A stretch of DNA of 26,246 nucleotides from Octopus sinensis (GCF_006345805.1 NW_021836024.1:1-26246); one strand, 5' to 3'. Shown: positions 1-11,574, counted from the first letter of the stretch. Translations and numbers: made by a program. The notes: generated by a model not told the origin, from the letters alone.

Positions 1-5
1 ATGAG

Positions 6-502
6 AATACATACACACATACATACATACATACATACATACATACATACATACATACATACATACTACATACATACATACACACACACATACATACATA
101 CATACATACATGCAACATTCATTCAACATACATACATACATACTTCATACATACATTCATACATACATACAACATACATAATGCATACATTCATTCATAC
201 ATACATACATACATACATACATACATACATACATACATACATACATTCATACATACATACATACACACATACACACATACATACACATACACATACACAT
301 ACATTCATACATTCATACATACATATATACATACATTCATACATACATATATACATACATTCATACATACATACATTCATACATACATTCATACATACAT
401 ACATACATACATACATACATTCATAGATACATACATACATTCATACATACATACATACATACATACATACATACATACATACATACATACTACATACATA
501 CA
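6..502. repeat. (TACA)n/(CA)n compound microsatellite
   Basis: Directly visible tandem TACA units with TTCA/CACA variants. It explains the HTYI/MYVC pseudo-ORFs. Confidence 0.97.
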
Positions 503-504
503 TT

Positions 505-780
505 CTGTTGTGGCGAGAGTCATTGACACCCCTGTTGGATTGGCCGAACGGACTGTCTGAACTCTTATAAAGTGTAGCGTATTGGTTGTGACTGAGGAGT
601 CGGAGGAGTCATTGAGAGTTTGTGGGAGTCATAGGAAGTCTTTGAGATTGTTGAGAGTTTGTATTTAGTGGAGTATCATGTTTAGTGGAGTAATTTGAAG
701 TACATCGTGTGAAGACAGTTCTGTCTATCCCTGCTTTGTGAAATCTGTATATCCAACGTATAGAAGGATATAAAACGTCC
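505..780 (+). mobile_element. Possible solo-LTR-like or other repeat fragment
   Basis: Starts TGTTGTGG, has a TTATAAAG TATA-like box (~564-571) followed by repeated GGAGTC/GAGAGTTTG motifs, and sits between TACA tracts. No clear CA end, PBS or TSD, so the call is weak. Confidence 0.25.
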
Positions 781-1305
781 ATACATACATATATACAACC
801 TCTATTCATTCATATATACACACATACAGATATAATTCCCTTATTAGTTTACCATGGATTTCTACTAATCTATTTCTATCAGTGGTACTTAACTATTTTT
901 ATAACGCCCCCACCCTTTAAGAAGTTGTTATGCCTGTTTCCCCACCTGAGTGGCGAATTAGGTATCACAACTAAACTAACTTAATATGGATGATAATTTA
1001 GAAATTTTACTCTAAAAATGGATTGTATAAGCATTTAGCAGTGAAATGATGAAAAATTAATAAAGATGAAAGTTGTAAATTTACTTTGCACAATTGAATC
1101 ATGACATCCCTGTGCCTGAAGAGATCTCATTTCATTTTAATAACCATTACTATTGTTATCATACTATAATTACTGCTGTAGGTAAAAATTTAGTATCTTA
1201 CGTTACCCCACCGCAACACCCCCTCATCGTTCCCTAAAATCTAACGTCCTCTAAAATCAAACGTCCCCTTCGACATGCTCATATATATATATATATATAT
1301 ATATA

Positions 1306-1555
1306 GTAGTAACAGAAAAGAGGAATTTCGGTTGTCCCCACGTGGTGGATTGTAATGTATATAAGAAAAATAAAAACGGAAAATACGCACACTTACATGG
1401 TTATAGTATAATTTTTAATGTATCGACCGGTTTCGCAATCGCTATTCATGATACAATGTTTAATTTATATGAAAATTATTTTTTTCTTAAGAAGAAAATG
1501 GTCCATATATATCGGTATTTTAAATAACGATCTTATCCTATTATATAATTTATGT
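1306..1555 (-). mobile_element. Short hammerhead-bearing element in (TA)n (PLE pseudo-LTR/retrozyme-like)
   Basis: About 250 bp of non-repetitive sequence bounded by (TA)n at 1281-1305 and from ~1555. Contains a minimal hammerhead fold on the minus strand. Confidence 0.6.
1419..1455 (-). ncRNA. Minimal type I hammerhead ribozyme, A3-U8 core variant
   Basis: Minus strand reads TGTATC-ATGAATA-GC GATT GC-GAAA-CCGG-TC-GATACA. Stem I is 6 bp (TGTATC/GATACA), stem II is 2 bp, GAAA is intact, stem III is the palindrome ACCGGT, and the cleavage triplet is GUC. Core ATGAATA equals CUGANGA with C3->A and G8->U. Confidence 0.7.
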
Positions 1556-1591
1556 ATATATATGTGTGAATATATATATATATATATATAT

Positions 1592-1638
<47 letters not shown>

Positions 1639-1900
1639 ATTATGTGTGTGTGTATGTGTGTATGTATATGTACATATATGTATATTTATGTATATTTTAT
1701 GTGTATATTATATATAGATATATGTATATATATATATGTATGTATATATATGTATATATATATGTATATATATGTATATATATGTATATATATATGTCTA
1801 TATATGTATATGTATATATATATATTATGTATAGTATATATAGCTATATATATAGATATATATTATACATACATATACTATATATATATATATATATATA
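1555..1900. repeat. (TA)n/(TATG)n microsatellite
   Basis: Directly visible. Confidence 0.95.
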
Positions 1901-2175
1901 TAATTTCAACAATTGAGGGTAAAATTAATTATTATTAATCAATTTCACCAAGTATTTCAGTATGTAAAGGGACCATTATAGGCGAATTCAAAATATTACA
2001 TTATATATAAGGGCTTAGTAAAATAAATACTTTGCCACATACTGAACTCATTAGAAATAGCAGCTAAAGAAATTTCTCAGCTATTTCTAATACTTAAAGA
2101 AGATCTCTCTCAGATAGTGTTGCCTAAACTACTCACAAAAGTATGGGGAAAAACCATTAAAAAATCAAGTGCAAA

Positions 2176-2240
2176 GGTTATTTGAGAACGTACGTTCTAG
2201 ATTAGTCAATTCGACATTTCTTTCTTCAGCTCAGAATTCC
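2176..2240 (-). ncRNA. Type I hammerhead copy with one A missing from GAAA
   Basis: Reverse complement of the 3241-3305 motif, but it reads CTAGAACGTACGTT instead of CTAGAAACGTACGTT. Either inactive or a consensus indel error. Confidence 0.45.
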
Positions 2241-2695
2241 TGAATCGGATTTGGGAACACTGAAAGTCGGAGCTACCCTTTCGGCTTCTAATCACCTCAA
2301 GAATTCTGCTCGAACTAAAAGTGCTATCAAATTCGAATATGCAAGCGAAGAATTTCTGCTCTCCCCCTTTCCACCAGCGTGGGTTAAAATTGACAAACAC
2401 CATGTATTAACGGTGAAAACCGCAGCATTTTACAGAGAAAAGATGAATTATAATTTCAACAATTGAGGGTAAAATAATTAATTATTAATCAATTCACCAA
2501 GTATTCAGTATGTAAAGGGACCATTATAGGCGAATTCAAAATATTACATTATTATAAGGGCTTAGTAAAATAAATTACTTTGCCACATACTGAACTCATT
2601 AGAAATAGCAGCTAAAGAAATTTCTTCAGCTATTTCTAATACTTAAAGAAGATCTCTCTCAGATAGTGTTTGCCTAAACTAACTTTTGTGAGTTA

Positions 2696-2752
2696 GAGCT
2701 GAAGAAAGAAATGTCGAATTGACTAATCTAGAAACGTACGTTCTCAAATAAC
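2696..2752 (+). ncRNA. Type I hammerhead copy with shortened stem I
   Basis: CTGAAGA at 2699-2705, GAAA at 2731-2734, ACGTACGT stem III, GUU at 2740-2742. Stem I is only GAG/CTC because the inversion junction truncates the 5' strand. Confidence 0.5.
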
Positions 2753-3240
2753 CTTTGCACTTGATTTTTTAATGTTTTTTCCCCCATACTTTTGTGAGTT
2801 AGTTTGGCAAACATATCTGAGAGAGATCTTCTTTAAGCATTAGAAATAGCTGAAGAAATTTCTTTAGCTGCTATTTCTAAGAGTTCAGTATGTGGCAAAG
2901 TAATTTATTTTACTAAGCCCTTATATATAATGTAATATTTTGAATTCGCCTATAATGGTCCCTTTACATACTGAATACTTGGTGAAATTGATTAATAATT
3001 AATTAATTTTACCCTCAATTGTTGAAATTATAATTCATCTTCTCTGTAAAATGCTGCGGTTTTTCACCGTTAATACATGGTGTTTGTCAATTTAACCCAC
3101 GCTGGTGGAAAGGGGAGAGCAGAAATTCTTCGCTTGCATATTCGAATTTGATAGCACTTTTAGTTCGAGCAGAATTCTAGAGGTGATTAGAAGCCGAAAG
3201 GGTATGCTCCCGACTTTCAGTGTTCCCAAATCCGATTCAA

Positions 3241-3305
3241 GGAATTCTGAGCTGAAGAAAGAAATGTCGAATTGACTAATCTAGAAACGTACGTTCTCAA
3301 ATAAC
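3241..3305 (+). ncRNA. Type I hammerhead ribozyme candidate (full copy)
   Basis: GGAATTCTGAG-CTGAAGA(3252-3258)-A AGA AAT GTC GAATT GAC TAA TCT A-GAAA(3284-3287)-C GTAC G-TT(3294-3295)-CTCAAAT. Stem I is ATT(c)TGAG/CTCAAAT, stem II is an interrupted hairpin, stem III lies within the palindrome AACGTACGTT. The GUU triplet and A.A at 10.1/11.1 are non-optimal. Confidence 0.6.
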
Positions 3306-3480
3306 CTTTGCACTTGATTTTTTTAATGTTTTTTCCCCCATACTTTTGTGAGTTAGTTTAGGCAAACACTATCTGAGAGAGATCTTCTTTAAGTATTAGA
3401 AATAGCTGAAGAAAAATTTTCTTAGAGCTGCTATTCTAATGAGTTCAGTTGTGGCAAAGTAAATTTATTTTACTAAGCCC

Positions 3481-3485
3481 TTATA

Positions 3486-3542
<57 letters not shown>

Positions 3543-3590
3543 ATATATATATTATTATATATATATATTTAGATATATATACATATACAG
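3481..3590. repeat. (TA)n microsatellite
   Basis: Directly visible. Confidence 0.95.
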
Positions 3591-4013
3591 ATAGAGATTT
3601 GTTTTCTTTAATATCTTATAGAACATAAATATGCTTTAAATGATTTGATACTTGAGACTAACTACCTGTTCAAACTTTGTTCTATCATAAACAAACAAAC
3701 AAACAACCCACCTACCTACCTACCTGCCTACACCTACCTACCTACCTACACCTACACAGAAAAGATTGCCACGGATCAACTCTTTAGAAATATTTCCGAT
3801 GCATAGCGTTTCATACATTCCTGCACCTTAAAAGTTGTGAGAATATTTCTGGCCAAACCTTCTCTCAATGCAAACACAACAGGTTTGATGTAATTGTTTG
3901 GACGGAATACTAAAACATCTCTCGTTGTGAAGCCAGATTCATTTGATTTAATTTTGTGAGACAGGCAATATTTAGAGTTAGCGAGTTCAAAATTGGAATC
4001 TTTATTGTTATTA

Positions 4014-4360
4014 AGGCAGTGGTTAGTGCAGCGGACTTGCGGTCGTAGGATCGCGGTTTCGATTCTCAGACCGTGCGCTGTTAGTGTTTATTGAACGAAA
4101 ACACCTTCGGCAGGGGTGGTGGCGAACTCTGCTGTACTCTCTCATCACAACTTTTTCTCTTTCTTCCTGTTTCTGTTGTACCTGTATTTCAAAGGGGCAA
4201 CCTTGTTACACTCTGTGTCACGCTGAGCCATCCCAAGAACTGCGTTAAGAGTATGAGTGTCTGTGGAATAATCAGCCACTTGCATGTTAATTTCACGAGC
4301 AGGCTGTTCCGTTGATCCGATCAAATGGAACCCTCGTCGTCGTAATCGACAGAGAGCCAC
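4014..4360 (+). mobile_element. tRNA-derived SINE, family C
   Basis: Pol III A/B-box-like head (GGCAGTGGTTAGTG...GGTTTCGATTC). Body is homologous to the reverse complements of 24130-24310 and 26005-26246 (shared GTTCCGTTGATC.GATCAA.TGGAA). Confidence 0.8.
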
Positions 4361-4370
4361 GACGACATTA

Positions 4371-4569
4371 AGGCGGCGAACTGGTAGAATCGTTAACACG
4401 TCGGACAAGCTACTTAGTAGTTTACCGTCCACCTTTCCGTTCTGAGTTCAAATTCCACCGAAGTTAACTTTGACTTTTATTCTTTCGGGGTCGATAAAAT
4501 ATGTACCAATCTAGTACTGGGGTCGATGTGATCAACATATTATCCATCACAAAATTTCAGGCCTTGTGG
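4371..4569 (+). mobile_element. SINE family B
   Basis: GGCGGCGAACTGGTAGAATCGTTA...GAGTTCAAATTCC...GGGGTCGAT, homologous to 10807-11036, 19205, 19569 and 21667. Confidence 0.85.
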
Positions 4570-4710
4570 TATGCCGAGCAAAATGCTTAGCGACGTTTCG
4601 TCCGTTTGCAAGCTCTGAGTTCAAATTCCGCCGAGGTCGACTTTGCCTTTCATTTTTTCGTGGTCGATAAAATAAGTACCAGATACGTAGTGGGGTCGAT
4701 TTAATCAACC
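4570..4710 (+). mobile_element. SINE family B, 5'-truncated tandem copy
   Basis: AAAATGCTTAGCG...GAGTTCAAATTCCGCCGAGGTCGACTTTGCCTTTCAT...GGGGTCGAT. Confidence 0.85.
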
Positions 4711-4833
4711 TGTCTGGATCCTTCATAGTTGGAAGAATTCAAAGAATTAAAAAGGAACACACCTTTTCGAATACGTATGTATATTCACGCACACATGGGC
4801 ATATATAATGGTAGAATATTTCTTAAAGTTTCC

Positions 4834-5360
<527 letters not shown>

Positions 5361-5639
5361 CATGCATATAGGCATACTTAATTCCAAGAAAGTTTTCAAT
5401 ATCAAACAAAAATGCCGTTGAAGAAATGAAGAGTCATTTTTGGCGACGATCAGTAGAAGAGATTCTGAAGATGCAAATTTGTTGGCGGCCATTTTTGAAG
5501 ATATTTCTGGCGGGCTTTGACTTGGACCGATCTGACGTATGTAATCATGGCACTGACAATCAAGTGCAATCAGCAACAATCCTTGCTTTTCATACAAACA
5601 CGACTGACTCCAAAACCATCGTCTTGAAGAAGATCAAAC

Positions 5640-5701
5640 GCCACCAGCGCCACCGTCACCGCCGCCACCACCACCGCCACCGCCACCGCCACCACTAACA
5701 G

Positions 5702-5732
<31 letters not shown>

Positions 5733-6243
5733 CGCAACAATACCAACAAGAATAGCAACTACAAACCATCTTCACGAAACCAACTTTCATACTAGTATTA
5801 CCACCACCACCACCACCACCACCACCATAACAACCACCTCCACCATCACCACCACCATACCACCACCATAACAACCACCTTCACCATCACCACCACCACC
5901 ACCACCACCACCTTAACAACTACCACACCACCACCGCTAACACCACTGCCACCATCATTACGAGAACTAAATAATAATAATGATAATAATGATAATGATT
6001 AATAATAATAATAATAATAATAATAATTACAACAACAACAGCAGCAGTAACAACAACAACAACAACAACACCGAACAAGAAGGTAGCATATTTAACATCA
6101 AATATTAAACACATCCACCACTACCAGCGCCGTCACCACAATTAAATCACCACGACTATCGTCAACATCCCCGCCATACCCAGCCTCCTCTTCCATCTTA
6201 TCATCATCCTCATCATCATCATCATCATCATCATCATCAGCGG

Positions 6244-6274
<31 letters not shown>

Positions 6275-6285
6275 GTCGTCGTCAG
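5640..6285. repeat. Compound trinucleotide repeats (CAC, CAA, AAT, CAT, CAG)
   Basis: Directly visible. Confidence 0.93.
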
Positions 6286-6399
6286 GCTGCATTGTTAGAA
6301 TCTTTACGCTTTGGCCAACGACTGCGTTAATCATAGACTAAACATTATATTAATATGGCGACTGAAGACACATCTTGTCTGACTGTCTGCCTCATATAT

Positions 6400-6477
6400 A
6401 CTCACACATATATAATACAAACACACACATATATATATACAAACATACACTCACATACATATATAACTAAAGACTAC

Positions 6478-6511
<34 letters not shown>

Positions 6512-6759
6512 ATTATAATATATATATATATACACACACATACACAGCACACACATGTAGATTTGTACAGATGTTCGAACGCACATATATTTCCAGATAC
6601 ACATTGGTGCACTTGTGCACTGCGTATGCATATACAAAGCACATATATGCATGTGTGAATACATAAATACAATGTGTGTTTGTGTGTGTATGCGTGAGTG
6701 TACATGTGTATGTGTGTGTATATATATATATATATATTAAATAACTTTATTTATATATG

Positions 6760-6791
<32 letters not shown>

Positions 6792-7168
6792 ACACACACA
6801 TATATAAATAAAGTTATATAAATATATATATACACACACATACACATGTACACTCACGCATATATATATATATATATATACTATATATATATATATATAT
6901 AATATATATATAATGTACATAGATATATATGTATGTATGTTTACACGAGGTGTAAAAGTGCATGTATATTCAGCGATATATGAATGTGTGTAGAAGCATA
7001 CATATGTATGTACACACATTCTTACACACATAGCCACGGAAACATATATGTGTGTGTGTGTGTGTGCGTATGTGTACGTGTGCGTATTGTTTTGGACGCA
7101 TATACAAACATGTTTGTATACACATGTACATATATATGTATCTATATATATATATGTATGTAAGAAAG

Positions 7169-7202
<34 letters not shown>

Positions 7203-7234
7203 AGAATGTATATATATACATATATATATATATA

Positions 7235-7275
<41 letters not shown>

Positions 7276-7310
7276 ACACATGCATTGTACACGCACATGT
7301 GCACATACGT
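6400..7310. repeat. (TA)n/(TG)n/(CA)n low-complexity block
   Basis: Directly visible. Confidence 0.93.
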
Positions 7311-7674
7311 ATCCACGAAGCTAATTCCACCTAGGGGCTTCTGCTTGTAGAAAAGAGATCAAGAAAAAGACTTCTAAGGAAAAAAGTCCAAAGAGGGAAA
7401 TAATAGATTTGATGGAGACAGCAGAAGGGAAGACGACATAGAGTCAGTTGTGAATGAAGGGGGTGGTCGGGAGGGGGTTTAATGATTACAGGGGCACAAA
7501 TGTGTGTGTGTGTGTATGTTTGTGTATAGATATATACCTGTGTGTGTTTGTAATATATATATAACTGTGTGTGCATATATATGTGCATATATATGCGTGT
7601 ATAAATATATATATATGTGTGTGTGTATGTGTGTGTATGTATGTATACATATTTATATATACATATATATATGT

Positions 7675-7732
<58 letters not shown>

Positions 7733-7740
7733 TGCATCGT

Positions 7741-8065
7741 GAAGGCGCATGGCTCAGTGGTTAGAGCGTCGACCTTGCGATCGTGAGGTTGTGAGCTCAA
7801 TTCCTGGAGCGGGCTGCGTGTTGTGTTCTTGACCAAGATACTTTATTTTCACGTTGCTCCAGTTCACTAATCTGTAGAAATGAGTTGTGACGTCACTGGT
7901 GCCAAGCTGTATCGGCCCCTTCGCCTTTCCCTTGGATAACATCAGTGATGTGGAGTGAGGAGGCTGGTATACGTGGGCGACTGCTGGTCTTCCATAAAAA
8001 CAACCCTAGGTTGTGCGTTCGCCGCTGAGGCGACTTTCTGCCCAAGCTTGTACTCCGGAGTCGAG
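7741..8065 (+). mobile_element. tRNA-derived SINE, family A
   Basis: tRNA-like head GAAGGCGCATGGCTCAGTGGTTAGAGCGTCG...GAGCTCAATTCC. Body is homologous to 11042-11338 and 18008-18368. Confidence 0.9.
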
Positions 8066-8329
8066 TTGCTATATATGAATCTATCGTTATAAGGATATAT
8101 AGACAGACAGAGAGATACGGAGACATTTGTTTGTTTGTTTGTTTGTTTGTTTAGTCAGTCAGTCAGTCAGTCAGACAGACAGACAGACAGATTGATAGCT
8201 TGCTAGCTAGCTTGATACGTAAATAGATTGATAAATAGATAGACAAACAGATAGATATACAGACAGACGGATAGATAGTAGATAGATAGATATGTAGATA
8301 GATAGATAGATAGACCTTGAACACTGCTG

Positions 8330-8520
8330 TATATGCACACTAAGCTTTAACGTTCTAGTTCACTTCCGCTGTTTACAGCAGTGCTTGGAAGAAACGTGTG
8401 TAGCGTGTGATCGTCGCATTGACCATGACAGCGAAAGTTGAGCAGAGAATCTGCATCAAATTTTGCCAAAAGCTTGGCGATACCTGATCAGGACTATGCA
8501 AAGTTTTCAAAAAGTTTTCA
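8330..8520 (+). mobile_element. Mariner 5' fragment (subterminal region plus transposase N-terminus)
   Basis: ATG at 8425 gives MTAKVEQRICIKFCQKLGDT*, the EQRxxIKF N-terminal motif of mariner transposases. It is the inverted homologue of 8850-9020. Confidence 0.8.
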
Positions 8521-9110
8521 TCGTTTTCGATACAATCAAGGAGATCTTGTGCAGCTGAAACCCGAGTGTCTTATGGGTAGTTGAAAGTAGTTTTCGCAGA
8601 AACTTGGCAGACATGCGTCTCATACTCAAATCTTCAGCAATAATGAACTAAACTGAACCGTAACTAATTTGCACATCCTCTGATAACTCACGGATGCTGA
8701 ATCGACGATTTTCCCCTCACAGCTGCGCTAACATCTGCGATGATTTTCTTAATTCTGCTGGTTGCGGGTCTCCCAGAACTTTTCTCAATATCAACACTTT
8801 TTCGCTCATCTTGGAAACGTTTGAAATACTCCCACACTTGCGTGTGGCTTATACACTTTCTGTAACTTTGCGTAGGCCTCTGAGCATATATCGCCATGGA
8901 AACTTTCTCTGTCATTACCAATGCGACGACCACACGCTACACACCTTCCTTCCAAGCACTGCTGTAAACAACAGAAGTGAGATAGGACGCTAAAATTTAG
9001 TGCGCATGCACAGCAGAATTCAAGCCAATCTTTATCAAGCAGCTTTACTCTGTGTGCTTTAGCTTCGTTACTATGACAACAGTCCGGATACTTATTAATC
9101 AGACCTCGTA
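8521..9110 (-). pseudogene. Decayed, 3'-truncated mariner (Tc1/mariner) transposase element
   Basis: Minus strand begins TA+CGAGGTCTGATTAATAAGTATCCGGA (mariner-type TIR). Frameshifted pieces read MTEKV, CSEAYAKLQKVY, CISHTQVWEYFKRFQDERKSVDIEKSSGRPATSR, NRRFSIRELSEDVQISYGSV*FIIAEDLSMRRMSAKFLRKLL, RVSAAQDLLDC (HTH region, GRP motif, linker). No catalytic DDD domain. Confidence 0.88.
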
Positions 9111-9587
9111 TGCATGTGTTAACGCATTTAAACACACACGTATATTAAAAGAGAGAAAGTGAGAGAGAATGAGAGGACCAGAAATAATCTATTTCAGTAC
9201 CTGGCGATTTTTAGCTAGGTAATTAGTATCTGGGTATGTGAATGCATACCTGCGCAATTTAACGCACTCGAACACCTTAATAGGAAGAGCTGAAGCACCA
9301 CCGGGACTGTCACATGTGAGTAACCTCGACAGACTTAATCGGGGACCAGAAGCACGATTTATACAAGACTTAACAGAATATGCAAACGCACTTACGCGCA
9401 CGCACACATCCACATCTACACAAACACACACATACACAGAGGAAAATATAACTAAAAACATGGGTAGTATATTGTATACTTTTGTCTAATCGGCAGAAAT
9501 TACTCAAGCACCGATAGTTTCACGCATTGATACTTATCAGTATATGCATGTGTGTGTGTGTGTATGGATATATCAATATATATGATG

Positions 9588-10413
9588 ACTGGGGCTTCGA
9601 ATGTCCGTCCTTGGTTCTGTGTCGTCTCTGTGGTGTTTCATGTCTTGTCCATGTCTGTATTTAATTTTACGGTTTACCTATATAATCGGCGCTACGTATC
9701 CACAATTGTCCTTATACGATAAGTATATTTTTTAGCTTTGATACGACTCTTAATCTGTTCTTTTTCTCCTCATCTCTCTCCTCTCCTCCCTGATCTCCAC
9801 TTCCGTTCTTTCCCTCCCATCCGTCCCCCCCCCCCCTTCTAGTTATCTCTACTGCTCTCGCACTCTCACCTCCAGCCCCCCTCGATCTGTCTCTTGTCTT
9901 CTCCTCCTCGTCACACTTCTCTCCCTTTTCATCTGTCCTTTCTCCTGTCTTTTGTTCTCACGTGACAGCTAGCCGCTGTTGAGCGCTCTTTTCGTTTTCA
10001 GCAGCCTCGAAGCAACACGGATTTGTTCGTCTCATTCGCCTTTAGGCACAAACGTCACAAGCCCCCCTACTAAATCGTCCTGTCGAAAGACCCTTGTCCT
10101 ACGTCCTGTTTTTGTTTTGTTGTTTATTTTTTATGTTCACCGTTATGGTTTTACGTTTTTGTATTCTTATTGGTGTCCACGTTTCTGTATTTTTGTTGTG
10201 TACTTCGATCGTTTTCCGTCCTTCTTTGTATACTTCGAAGCTTTGGGCTGGCCATATCGGAGCAATCTCAAGATTAATCGCCTAAATTGCTAAGATGATC
10301 TGGTTCTTGACTGATACTGAGGGCTTCGAATCCCGTCCTGTGGTTTCTTGTGTCGTCTCTGTGGTGTTTCATGTTCTTTATATGTCTGTATTTAATTTTA
10401 CTGTTTACTATAT
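9588..10413 (+). mobile_element. Non-coding element with ~95-bp terminal direct repeats (pLTR-like)
   Basis: ACTG.GGGCTTCGAAT.CCGTCC...GTGTCGTCTCTGTGGTGTTTCATG...ATGTCTGTATTTAATTTTAC at ~9588-9686 and ~10316-10413 (period ~730). Pyrimidine-rich interior; TA-rich flanks. Confidence 0.7.
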
Positions 10414-10686
10414 ATTATAAATATTATCTATATATATATAATATATTATATATATTGTTTTGGGATTTGGTTTGCAGGATTCTTTATATGAGTTCGTGTG
10501 TTTGAAGCATATTCTGTTGTGTCTGGGGAGGGTCATTTTCTTTTTGTGCCTTATAATTTAACACACTCACCTGTAAAATTTCCACTTATTCCTTATATAT
10601 CTTTTCCTAAAATTTTGTTGCGTCTTGCAACTTTTTCAATAGTCTTTTAAGGCACAAAAAGAAAGTGACTCTCCCCAGACGCAACA

Positions 10687-10757
<71 letters not shown>

Positions 10758-10760
10758 TGT

Positions 10761-11338
10761 GAAGGTGCATGCCTCAGTGGTTAGAGCATCGGGCTTATTT
10801 AATGATGGCAGCGAGCTGGCAGAAACGTTAGCACGCCGGGCGAAATGCTTTGCGGTATTTCGTCCGCCGCTTCGATCTGAGTTCAAATTCCGCCGAGGTC
10901 GACTTTGCCTTTCATCCTTTCGGGGTCGATAAATTAAGCACCAGTTACGCACTGGGGTCGATGTAATCGACTTAATCCGTTTGTCTGTCCTTGTTTGTCC
11001 CCTCTGTGTTTAGTCCCTTGTGGGTAGTAAAGAAATATATATTAATGAGGTAGTGAATTCAATTCCTGGATAAGGCTGTGTGTTGTGTTCTTGAGCAAGA
11101 CACTTTATTTCACGTTGTTCCTGTTCACTCAGCTGTAGAAATGAGTTGCCACGACACCGGTGCCAAGCTGTATCGGTCCCTTTGACTTTCCCTTGGGTAA
11201 CATCGGTGGCGAGGTGGAGAGAGGCTGGTATGCATTGATGACTGCTGGTCTTCCATAAACAACCTTGCCCGGACTTGTTCCTCGAAGGGGAAATTTCTTG
11301 GGGCAATCGCATGGCTCTTTATGACCGAGTGTGGTCTT
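10761..11338 (+). mobile_element. SINE family A interrupted by a family B SINE
   Basis: Head at 10761-10795 (GAAGGTGCATGCCTCAGTGGTTAGAGCATCGGGCT) resumes at ~11046 (ATGAGGTAGTGAATTCAATTCC) and runs to ~11338. Confidence 0.85.
10807..11036 (+). mobile_element. SINE family B, full length, nested
   Basis: Full head-to-tail copy. TTAATGA is duplicated at 10799-10805 and 11042-11048 (TSD-like). Confidence 0.9.
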
Positions 11339-11370
11339 CACCTTCCGCCCTCTCTCTATTTCACTCTAAA

Positions 11371-11376
11371 TTATAT

Positions 11377-11430
<54 letters not shown>

Positions 11431-11574
11431 ATATATTATATATACATACATACATATAATATATATATATTATATATTATATATATATATTATATATATA
11501 TATATATTATATATATATATATATATATACGTATATATATATATATATGTAATTTGTATATTTATATATATGTA

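Larger units (their letters stand above)
1901..3483. mobile_element. Tandem plus inverted array of a ~550-bp hammerhead-containing unit (retrozyme/PLE pLTR-like)
   Basis: Full unit at 1901-2450; partial second unit at 2451-2683 (TAATTTCAACAATTGAGGG restarts at 2451). Reverse-complement copies at 2696-3030 (unit positions ~1-332) and 3031-3483 (positions ~550 to 100). Flanked by (TA)n on both sides. Confidence 0.85.

Noticed and set aside
3760-4000. Stop-free frames (~75 codons on the minus strand, ~40 on the plus)
   Set aside because: No convincing splice pair or known motif; plausible by chance.
5405-5640. Unique segment with ORFs on both strands (MKSHFWRR... / MYEKQG...)
   Set aside because: No recognisable domain, ambiguous acceptors, and the ORFs run into flanking microsatellites.
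7741-7810. tRNA-like sequences at SINE heads (also 4014, 10761, 12520, 18008)
   Set aside because: They continue directly into multi-copy SINE bodies and lack a complete acceptor stem, so they are not tRNA genes.
9190-9400. Exon-like island with GTGAGT (+) and GTATGC (-) donors
   Set aside because: Poor polypyrimidine acceptors on both strands and no recognisable peptide; strand cannot be decided.
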